NCBI GenBank assembly: GCA_950097015.1
Contig: CATNEN010000039.1
Span: 5,580,001 to 5,644,000 of the forward strand
DNA from: Macrostomum hystrix
Lineage: Eukaryota; Animalia; Platyhelminthes
Length of the DNA: 64,000 nt
Direction: 5' to 3'
The translations under genes were made by a program, and so were the position numbers. The notes under the pieces are model-generated. The model worked only from the letters and a program-made list of their open reading frames with translations, searched no databases and was not told where the DNA came from. Positions 1 through 9,124 of this stretch are shown one piece after another; position 1 is the first letter of the stretch; the number at the start of each line of letters is the position of its first letter.

Positions 1-3000
1 ATACTTAAAACCATAATAGTTTGTCACAGGCTCTATCGGAAAAAGTACGAGCGACCAGGAATTCGGGCAATTCAAAGACGGATAAAGGCGACGCGAGAAC
101 AACACGAATTACGGGTACAGCCAAGCACGGACACTAACTACAGACACACGGGCCCACGCCGCCCAGCACCAGAGGCACCAGCCACAAATAAGGAACAGCA
201 TCAACCGATGATTCCGTCTGCTCCACTGGCTTCATCAATCTATCCGACGATCAGCTCATGGCCACCGCCGATAGTGGCAGCAATTACGAACGGCCAGAAA
301 TACACGGTGACGCGACTGAAGATAGGCACGCGAGTCTGCAGAGCGCTGATAGATAGCGGAGCAGAGAGGTCGCTGATAGACGAAGTGACGGCGCGCCGAT
401 ACAGTGACAGCTTCGAGAAGCCGACAACAGAGCTACAAGGAGTACACGGAGGAAAGCTCACGCAATCCGGAATGATCACGTTACCAGTCGAAGCAGGAGA
501 CGCAATCGCCAACGTTAAGTTTCATGTCATTCCTAACTTGAGCTCTGGGAGATACCATGCACTCCTAGGAATTGATTACTTAAGTCAGTTGCAGGAGGGT
601 ATGTCTATCAATTACCAACAGCAACAGATGCAGTTAAATGGCAGATCGTATGAAATCATGACAGTCGCCGCCCAAGAAGCCACAAATAAGATCAGACTAG
701 TTTCCGTGGTAAACCTGAATCCATGGGAAACAGCTCAAATTACAGCTAGAACCGACTCAAAGGAGGAATTGCCTGACACGGTACTTTTCGAGCCAGACAG
801 GAGTATCATCGAGAAGAAGGCGATAGGTCTGACTCAGGAGATAGTTCATCCGGACGAGAAGGGAGAGATACACGTTCTCATATCTAACGAATCAGCCAGA
901 CCTATCACTCTGTACCCGGATACAGCCATAGGTTCGTATGAGACAGAGATAGAGACATATGAAATAGCGGCGAATCAGGAACAGGCATCGGCAATGACAG
1001 AGACAGAATTTAGAGAAGCGATTAATCTGCAGGGAGCCGAGATAACAGCAGAGCAGAAAGAACAACTAAGAGAGATCCTCTGGGAGAACAAGGAAGCATT
1101 TTGTCTCTCAGATGAGGAGATAGGCTTTACAGAAATAGCGAAACACGAACTCCACATAAAACCGAATGTGGAAGTGAAGCTGAATAAGAGATATCCGATT
1201 CCACACCAGCTTACAGGAGAACTGAAGAAGGTGATAGACAGAATGGAGATGCAGGGGATTCTCATGAAAGCACCGACACCGTATATTTCACCAATTCTCC
1301 TCGTTAAGAAAAAATCGGAGTTGCCAGACGCCAAACCGGTGTATCGCCTGTGCGTGGACTTCAGGGACTTAAACCGATTGTTGATCCCCGAGAGACAGTG
1401 TATGCCCAGAATTCCAGATCTGCTGGCCAAACTCAAAGGATCAAAGTACTTCACGACTCTAGACATGGCCCAGGCATTCTTTCAAGTGGCCCTGCACGAG
1501 GACAGTAGAAAGTACTGCGGGATTTCTACACCAGACGGAGAAACGTTAGTCTTCTTAAGGGCGCCGATGGGATTACAGTCGAGCCCTGCCGCTTTGTCTA
1601 GGGCTGCCAGCATCATCCTCAAAGGCATCGAGAGAGTCTCTACATACGTGGACGATTTGCTAGTATTCACGGAAACGTTCGAGCACCACCTCCAGACACT
1701 CAAAAGTACCTTGGAAGCCTTGAAAAAGCACGGATTAAAGCTGAAACTCCAGAAATGTCGATTCGCGCAACCCAGCATTACCTTCCTGGGACACAAGATC
1801 GACCAGAACGGTATCCAGATAGATCGCACTCTAGTGGACAAGGTACAGAAGGTAACCAAACCTGATAATGTGACTCAGTTAAGAGCATTCCTCGGACTGT
1901 GCAATTTTTTTAGGAAGCATGTCCCACATTATGCTAAGAAAGTACAACCGCTAACGGATATGCTCAAAGGGGCACCGACCTCAAAAGGACAAGCAACGAA
2001 GACCAACCTAAAGTGGACCGAGGAAGCGGACTACACTTTCGAGGCCATGAAGAAATGGATAGCCGAGGATCTCAGGCTAGCACATCCGGATTTCAACAAA
2101 CAGTTCATAGTCTCGAGTGACGCCTCAACTAAAGGAATAGGAGCGATGCTTTCGCAGAAAGATGAGATGGGACGGGAGAGACCGATAGCATTCACGAGTA
2201 GACAACTCAGAGATGCAGAAACGAGGTACGGAATCACTCATCTCGAACTTCTAGCAGTCTACCATGCATTCAGAAACTTCGAACAGTTCTTATACGCCGC
2301 TCCCATACCTACACTACTGAGAGTAGATCACGCCCCACTCAGAGGCTTACTCACAGGCAGAATACTGCAGAACAACCAAATTTTGCGTTGGTTACTATAC
2401 TTACAGCAATTTCAGATACAGATCGAATATGTACCTGGAGCATCAGTCACGCATGCAGTACCGGACGCACTCTCGAGATTATACGACGAGAAACCAATGG
2501 AACAAATCAATTATGTCACAATATCACATCCAATCCCACACCTACAAGCACTCAAGGACGCCCAGGCGGAAGACCCGTTCTGCCAACAAATCCGAGCAAT
2601 GTGGAACGGAGAATCCGCAGTAGAATCACTGGCTCCGAAGTACAGACGCCACATCGATAGACACCTGGCGGACTACGCGGAGATTGGAGGAGTTCTACAC
2701 AGAACAGCGGATCAAACACAGCAGATCATCCTACCGTTTCAGTATCGTGAGACCATTTGCCACTCACTACACGCATTGCCATTAGCGGCACATCTAGGAT
2801 TCGAGAAAACCTTGGAGAGAATCCGTAGACACTACTTTTGGATCACCATGGTATCCGACATCCGAGGATTCAGTAACAACTGCATAGAGTGCGCCAGGAA
2901 TAAATCAGGAAAAACCCATAAGGGACTGATTCAGTTTTCAGAGATCCCAATGCGACCAATGGACAAATTGTCGGTTGACATAGTGGGTCCAATGGTGCCC

Positions 3001-3966
3001 ACTAAAGTGAGAAATGAAACAGTAACACACATTCTCACAATCCTTTGTTGTTTTTCGAAATTCGCATTCGCCATTCCGATCCCAGATCTTACAGCTGAAA
3101 CGACGGCAGAGACACTATTCACTGTGTTTTGTACCTTTGGGATCCCGATTGAGATGTCCACGGACAATGGAAAGAACTTCACAGCAACTCTACTAGCCGA
3201 AGCATTAGAAATCCTGGGGATCAAACACATCTTGACATCCCCATACAACCCTCGAGCGAACCATGTGGAACGACTGCATTCGACACTCCACAACATGTTA
3301 CGCCACTACACAGCCGAGAATCCGGACCAGTGGCACAAGTACCTGCAGGCAACGATGTTCGCCTACAACACAGCAAAGCAAGCATCATCGACATACTCGC
3401 CATTCGAGTTAGTTTTCGCCCGACGACCTCTGATGCCTACTCAACTTACTACCCAGTTGAACGTGGTAAAGTACATGGATGAACCATCATTCGCATCTAG
3501 AATGAAAGAAGCTGTAACACTAGCCAGAGAGATAGCGAGACACCACCTACAGGTCGCACAAGAGAAGAATACCGGAAAAGCAAATGAAAACCGCAAACCG
3601 ACTACACTGGAAGTAGGGAGTAGAGTTATGTTGCAAATTCCTATGAGACAGGGAAAGCACCAAGCTAAATTTACAGGACCCTATGAGATTGTGAAGAGGA
3701 GCAGCCAGACTTCAGTCACAATCCGGAAAATCGACGATCCAAATCAGGAGTCCTTTCAAGTGCACACCGACAGGCTGAAACCAATGGCCACGTCAACACC
3801 ACATGTGATGCTTCCGGACCTCAGACCGAGCGACCCACAGCGTCACCAGCGACAGCCAAGGCAGCGATTCACCAAGGAAGTGAGCGTGCAGGCAGAGGAG
3901 CTGGACGCGCAGGATGACACAGCTCGGAAGAAGTACAATCTGAGGAGCAAAGTGAAACTTCCTTGA
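1..3966 (+). CDS. pol: Ty3/Gypsy (gag-)pol polyprotein, 5'-truncated by the window edge: aspartic protease, reverse transcriptase, RNase H, integrase
   Basis: Frame is open from base 1 (no stop upstream of the ATG at 208). Motifs: LIDSGA (protease); LDMAQAFFQ and YVDD (RT); SSDAS...ELLAV (RNase H); H..H..CIEC zinc finger, VDIVG/TDNG/VERLH DDE triad and FTGPY (integrase). Order PR-RT-RH-IN is Ty3/Gypsy. Confidence 0.97.
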   Translation: MLKTIIVCHRLYRKKYERPGIRAIQRRIKATREQHELRVQPSTDTNYRHTGPRRPAPEAPATNKEQHQPMIPSAPLASSIYPTISSWPPPIVAAITNGQKYTVTRLKIGTRVCRALIDSGAERSLIDEVTARRYSDSFEKPTTELQGVHGGKLTQSGMITLPVEAGDAIANVKFHVIPNLSSGRYHALLGIDYLSQLQEGMSINYQQQQMQLNGRSYEIMTVAAQEATNKIRLVSVVNLNPWETAQITARTDSKEELPDTVLFEPDRSIIEKKAIGLTQEIVHPDEKGEIHVLISNESARPITLYPDTAIGSYETEIETYEIAANQEQASAMTETEFREAINLQGAEITAEQKEQLREILWENKEAFCLSDEEIGFTEIAKHELHIKPNVEVKLNKRYPIPHQLTGELKKVIDRMEMQGILMKAPTPYISPILLVKKKSELPDAKPVYRLCVDFRDLNRLLIPERQCMPRIPDLLAKLKGSKYFTTLDMAQAFFQVALHEDSRKYCGISTPDGETLVFLRAPMGLQSSPAALSRAASIILKGIERVSTYVDDLLVFTETFEHHLQTLKSTLEALKKHGLKLKLQKCRFAQPSITFLGHKIDQNGIQIDRTLVDKVQKVTKPDNVTQLRAFLGLCNFFRKHVPHYAKKVQPLTDMLKGAPTSKGQATKTNLKWTEEADYTFEAMKKWIAEDLRLAHPDFNKQFIVSSDASTKGIGAMLSQKDEMGRERPIAFTSRQLRDAETRYGITHLELLAVYHAFRNFEQFLYAAPIPTLLRVDHAPLRGLLTGRILQNNQILRWLLYLQQFQIQIEYVPGASVTHAVPDALSRLYDEKPMEQINYVTISHPIPHLQALKDAQAEDPFCQQIRAMWNGESAVESLAPKYRRHIDRHLADYAEIGGVLHRTADQTQQIILPFQYRETICHSLHALPLAAHLGFEKTLERIRRHYFWITMVSDIRGFSNNCIECARNKSGKTHKGLIQFSEIPMRPMDKLSVDIVGPMVPTKVRNETVTHILTILCCFSKFAFAIPIPDLTAETTAETLFTVFCTFGIPIEMSTDNGKNFTATLLAEALEILGIKHILTSPYNPRANHVERLHSTLHNMLRHYTAENPDQWHKYLQATMFAYNTAKQASSTYSPFELVFARRPLMPTQLTTQLNVVKYMDEPSFASRMKEAVTLAREIARHHLQVAQEKNTGKANENRKPTTLEVGSRVMLQIPMRQGKHQAKFTGPYEIVKRSSQTSVTIRKIDDPNQESFQVHTDRLKPMATSTPHVMLPDLRPSDPQRHQRQPRQRFTKEVSVQAEELDAQDDTARKKYNLRSKVKLP

Positions 3967-4133
3967 CATTTGAAGTCAAGGAAGGGAGGAAGTAGACGGA
4001 CAATTTTACATTTTAACTATTTATTACCTTGCGGGTGTGCGCTCTGATATTTAGAATTATATATTTTGCACTACTCGTAAGTAGCCACTATTTAATCACT
4101 CACAAATATTTAACCCACCCTTCGGATGATCAG

Positions 4134-4898
4134 ATGTATTCGACGGAGCTAGACACAGTGGATGATTGCACCATCGACGAGCCGCTTACGACCTACACAC
4201 TGGTCAAGCCACTGTTTCCATCGGCAGGACTAAGCCCGGCAGTCGGGAAGGAGATGAACATTAGGAACAGCGCCGCCACGGAACAGCAACGGCGACATCT
4301 CCAAGCCCAATGGGAGATCAGAAGATCCAGAGACGGTCTGCCGCAGTGTCCAACAGTGCTGAGAGAGAGACACAGACGGGAAGAAAAAGACCTATCATTT
4401 ACGGAGCTGTACGACTTCATGGATAGACAGCCCATCCAGAGCAAGCCTAATCGGCACGGTGAGATGAAACTATTTGACATTCACCTGGACATGCTGGATG
4501 CGCCACGAATCCCAGCTAACGTAGTAACACATCTGACCACAAAGCGCATCCTAGCTGAGGACAATAACCCCATCTGGCTCCTCTCTGACTATAACATTCT
4601 ACGTAACCGTACAACAATTTTCTTTCACTATGGAGAACAAGACGCCTTTACTTGCGTCATAATTAAGGCACTCTGCCGTACGCTATCCGTCAACCTGATC
4701 CACCCTTGGGGCCCGCAGCCTAATGTGATATGTACTAAGTTATTTAATTACTTGTCCAATGCGTTGGTTTATCATGGAATTCAAAGTAGTTGCCGCGAAA
4801 TGAAGATGCTAGTAATTCGAACGTATTCGCCGGCGTTGCTACAGTGGCCACAGCTAAAGGCGGCACTGGAAGCCTCGCAAGAGCCTACTCGTCAGTAA
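4134..4898 (+). CDS. Orphan accessory ORF of the retrotransposon (~254 aa from the first in-frame ATG)
   Basis: Long non-repetitive ORF (track 4029..4898, MYSTELD...) starting 168 bp after the pol stop. No recognised domain, signal peptide or TM segment. Confidence 0.6.
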   Translation: MYSTELDTVDDCTIDEPLTTYTLVKPLFPSAGLSPAVGKEMNIRNSAATEQQRRHLQAQWEIRRSRDGLPQCPTVLRERHRREEKDLSFTELYDFMDRQPIQSKPNRHGEMKLFDIHLDMLDAPRIPANVVTHLTTKRILAEDNNPIWLLSDYNILRNRTTIFFHYGEQDAFTCVIIKALCRTLSVNLIHPWGPQPNVICTKLFNYLSNALVYHGIQSSCREMKMLVIRTYSPALLQWPQLKAALEASQEPTRQ

Positions 4899-5450
4899 GA
4901 ATGTAGGGACGTGAATGTAAGGGCATAAGGAGACACGAGAGCTGAGACACTGACACAATGTTAAGACAGATGGGTCGTCTCGACCGGAAGTCCTATCATT
5001 GTGACACTCTCACTCAGGTGCAATCCTGAGGCTAGAACCAGTTTCACGGAAAGAACTTTGGGAAAGCGCCTCGCTACCTGAAGCATCAGACCAGTGAACT
5101 AGGGGAAGCCAGGCCCGTCACTCAAATTGAATCTAAGCTTAAAAAAACAAAGACAAGGCTTCACCGAATTCCATGATGAGGCACACGTATTTATTATAAG
5201 CCAATTCATTATTTATTCCGACACATTTGTGCACTACGACACGTACCAGCACCAGCAAATCACAACTTACAAACAAACAAGGAAAGAAAAACACACAAAA
5301 ATAATGGAAACATACGTGCCAATATCAATGATTATACAACAGCAAATAAGAGAGCAGTTCAACAGAGCAAATTAACAGCACACCATGAATAGTCATAAGA
5401 ACATAGAACATAAAGAACATAGTCATAAGAACATAAGAACTTGACAACAG

Positions 5451-5693
5451 TTAAGGGGCCATAGGAGCGGCCTGGCGCCGCCGGCAACAAAGCCACACCA
5501 GAAGCAGCCCGAACAAGGCCAGGGCAAGGCCTCCGGCCCCGAGACCTCCGGAGAGACGACGTAGAAACGACAACCCGTTCTCTAAAGACTGGGTGCGGGT
5601 AGCTTCTAGGGCCAGGCGGGCCTCCAGGCGAAGGACCCGAGCCTCCAGCTCGGACATCAGCTCGGCGAGTTGGGCCATTTCAAAACGCGACAT
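5451..5693 (-). CDS. Antisense 80-aa small membrane protein: heptad repeat, Gly-rich TM helix, CC, RRR
   Basis: ATG start; LAELMSELEARVLRLEARLALE heptads; GGLGAGGLALALFGLLLVWL hydrophobic span; CCRRR. TATATAAA on the minus strand at ~5775-5782, and two AATAAA on the minus strand at 5212-5217 and 5190-5195. Confidence 0.65.
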   Translation of the reverse strand: MSRFEMAQLAELMSELEARVLRLEARLALEATRTQSLENGLSFLRRLSGGLGAGGLALALFGLLLVWLCCRRRQAAPMAP

Positions 5694-6414
5694 GAAATCA
5701 AGTGGTCGATGAGGCAGACGAAAAGGCAGTTAAAAAGATGCGTCTGAGCAGATAAAAGGGGCCCAGGGGAAAAGTTTATATAACCAGTACAAGGCAAGAT
5801 GGAGGGCAAGTATTCAACAATCACAGCCCCCCTATCCGCCGCGGAGAAAGGACCCCAATGTACATCCCGAGAGATGAAAAGTAGAGTCATCAGTGCCCCG
5901 GGCCAGAATCGAGACCTAAAGTGCAACACCACACAGATAACATGCCCGAGTGGATTAGACCAACCATGGCCTCAGTAAACAAAAATAGGACACAGGCAAC
6001 AAACACACCATAACCAAGAATTCAGCTTGTCACAAGTAAGAGAGACACAGCCAGATCAGAATACATCATAACCACATGCCATAGTACTTTAACCAATGTG
6101 ATTTTATAATGCAAGCAATGCTCTGATCCGGCGAGGCCCAGAAATGTTATTGATTAATTGGGCTCTCAAAGCATATATATATTCTCTCCAACGTGATTAA
6201 CAATAAATATTATGTAGACTTCTTTGGAAGCCCCACAGGTTCATTGTCTGTCTAACTAACTTTCAATTAAATCTTAGACGTCATCAATAATAGATAAAAC
6301 AGCAGCAATAAGCATGTCAGAGAGAAATTAGGAGGACATTCAGGAAAATAAGCTGAGGGATGCAGTACATGTATAGGAAAATGACAAGTCTCGGACACTT
6401 TCACAGCAAGTACC

Positions 6415-6744
6415 ATGGCCGATGAGGATTACAACCGCCGCCCAGGAGAAAAATTTGTCGATATTAACATCCGAGGACGGCCGGTGGTGAAGGTCGATGC
6501 GGTCACGCAGGTGACCGAAGAAGACATCGACGGTGGCATAACAACCGCCACGTCCACGGCTGACCTCCAGGAGCCTTACCTGGAAGACCTCTATGCCACT
6601 AGGCAAGCACAAGGTACCTGGGAGGCCCAGGGCAACTATCAGCCCGAGCCGAAAACCAAACATCAGCCATGGCCAACACCGAGAGGCCTCCGAAAATACT
6701 ATCGGGAAAAGTACCCGGAACCGCCAAAGGATGAACAATTTTAA
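6415..6744 (+). CDS. Orphan acidic/Pro-rich 109-aa accessory ORF of the retrotransposon
   Basis: GC-richer ORF island in AT-rich flanks, good start context (accATGG), acceptor-like ctttcacag ending at 6406. Confidence 0.5.
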   Translation: MADEDYNRRPGEKFVDINIRGRPVVKVDAVTQVTEEDIDGGITTATSTADLQEPYLEDLYATRQAQGTWEAQGNYQPEPKTKHQPWPTPRGLRKYYREKYPEPPKDEQF

Positions 6745-6976
6745 TGATTCCCTATTAATTAACTTAACACTAAAACCACGCATACTCACACCATATTATT
6801 CACTATTTACAACAATGCTTAAACGAATGAATTATACACTTACCCATTTACCCTCCTAATCCAATACTTTCAGATTTCAATGTCTTATATGTTCACAGAC
6901 CTACTAGCAGTAGGCAGATTGACAATCCGAAGAAGGCAATAGGCTGCATCTCCCTTGACCAGTCAAGGATTTCTTC

Positions 6977-6986
6977 AAAAGGGGGA
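6977..6986 (+). other. Polypurine tract (PPT)
   Basis: AAAAGGGGGA immediately before TGATATAAG. Confidence 0.8.
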
Positions 6987-7676
6987 TGATATAAGACTTA
7001 GAAATCTGAAGGGAATTTAAGAGTTCGTCAGCGGGAAGCGAAAGCAAAAAATAGCAACAGCAGAAAGTGCGAGCAACCGAAAGGAGAATGATTAGACAAA
7101 ATCCGCCCCCCAGAGATTAACTATTCATTTCAGCGCAGGCCCGGTTCGGCATGACAGCAGCTGTGCCGACGTGGAGCTGGCTGAGACCGGATCCGCAGAG
7201 GCGCCGACGTGGAGCTGCCGGAGACCGGATCCGCAGCTGTGCTGACGTGGAATGGCCCGAGACCGGAACGCAGCTGCGCTGACGTGGAGCTCCCGGAATC
7301 AACCCGGCCTACCCCGACCTGCAGCTGCCTGCATCGACCCAGCCCAGTCTGAAATTGGAGCCGCCCGGACCCGATCGGGAACGAGATCTGGAGGAGGCCG
7401 GAACCGCACAAGAAGACTGGATCGATGAAGGGAAAGGGGATAATGAACAGTAGGAAAGAGGTCTCAGTAGAATTGGGAACGCATCCTAACTCAACTAAGG
7501 CGTTTTTCTCCACCTCCCATAGAAAAGGGGTGGGCGTGCCTGCCAACCAACTAGTTTAATGACAACAACTGTACTAGACTCGAGGCTGCGACCTCACTCA
7601 CCCCAAATTCTCATGCGTACTGTTGCTATGGTATTTTCTTCCCCTCGGATCGAGGGTTTTAAAGACATTATATATA
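6987..7676 (+). repeat. Putative 3' LTR containing 3-4 imperfect ~38-40 bp internal repeats (~7157-7300)
   Basis: Starts with TG after the PPT; imperfect terminal inverted match TGATATAA / TTATATAT; internal unit similar to gcagctgtgc(c/t)gacgtggagct..gagaccggatcc. End position is tentative. Confidence 0.6.
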
Positions 7677-9124
7677 TTGGTGCGGAGCGCGGAAAAAGAT
7701 TCGCCGCTCCAGTTAGTTAGAGACTCACTTTGAGCTCCGTTTAGAAAATCATTGTGTTTGCGTTCTTTCTTAAGTAGAATCAGTGATAACGATCTAGAGA
7801 TATCACCACTGCCAGCCGGTATACTGAGTATCGATAGTCGTTAGGAGTTATAGCCTTCAAGACTTTTAGACTGCAATAAACCGCTAGACAAAGTATAGGA
7901 AAACTACGAGTGAAGAAGAAGAGGAACACCAAACTTGAAGCGCTATACAGTGTACTGATTTTTTTAAAGTTGTAAATACACTAAAAGCTTTAAAACTCAG
8001 TCGAATACTTCAAAATGTGTTCTTTTGAATCGAATATCGAACATAAAGCGTGTAGTTATTGAATGGTAATTATAATTTTACATTCGTATGTTTTTCCGGT
8101 TCGCTATATCTCTTACGATTTTATTAGACCTTGCACTTTTGAATAAACCAGCTACGATCGCTAGTTGACAGTGCAGAGTTATAGGAAAATGCACCAAATA
8201 ATAGCACAAGTACTATATTTGATGTAACATTTTACCTTGCGAACGAAAGCAATTCGCTGTTGTTTCTACTTAAAATAAATTTAATTTACAAACAATAGTT
8301 AAATAATTAAAAAAACTCTAAAATATCTTGTATCGCTCGGTCTTTCTGCTAGTTTAGTCGCGTGCAAAGTTAGTCGCCAAACTCAAATATAGCTCGTACA
8401 TCACTCGTACGATAAAAAATCCTTCAGCTGATGCTAAAGCTGAACGTTCTGAACTTTTACAGCACCTGCCCACCTAATCCTGCTGTAGTATCAGCACCTG
8501 CCCACCTAATCCTGCTGTACGAGTAAGTAGATAATAAGCCACATATACAGTGAGTTATTAATCCGCCTAGACAATTTTTTAACTGCTGTTGTAGCGTATT
8601 CCTCGTGTTATATAAGTGTTGTGGCGTATTTCTGTTTTCTTAGATAATCTATGACATGTTTAATTATTCATTTTCTAGAAAGTTCTCCAACTAAACAACG
8701 TGCGTGCACGGTATGGGATAGCGTACGATACAATACTTGTATTATAGAAACTTCCGCGTAAACACTCAAAACGGAATTTCGAACTCCAGAGCACCCTTTC
8801 TAGAAACTACTTCTCGAACTTTCCAGATCCAGGAATGTTCTATTAACACGAATATAAATATACAGCACCCTAACACGCAATTATTTAAGGCTCTTCCTTT
8901 TCCACGCGGAAAAAATCGAAGCAAACGAACCACTGCGTTTTACGCATTGAGTTTTTTTACAACACTGTACGGGGAGTGTATGCTGTTACAGTGTTACATG
9001 TAACTGTGTCCGACAAACTTAAAAAAATTAAAGGCGATAATGAATAGCAGACAGCACAGCTTGCTTATTACAACATACAGCCAAAAATGGTAAAAACGCT
9101 GTGGATAAGCAGCATGAAAGTAAA

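Larger units (their letters stand above)
1..7676 (+). mobile_element. Ty3/Gypsy LTR retrotransposon (3' portion) with ~3 kb accessory region between pol and PPT
   Basis: Uninterrupted pol, then extra ORFs, then polypurine tract AAAAGGGGGA (6977-6986) directly followed by TG. The 3' boundary is uncertain because the 5' LTR lies outside the window. Confidence 0.85.

Noticed and set aside
240-3403. Antisense and alternate-frame ORFs overlapping pol, and similar shadows over GST, SLC22, PPCS and GPCR exons
   Set aside because: Shadow ORFs caused by codon bias of the real genes; no independent signals.
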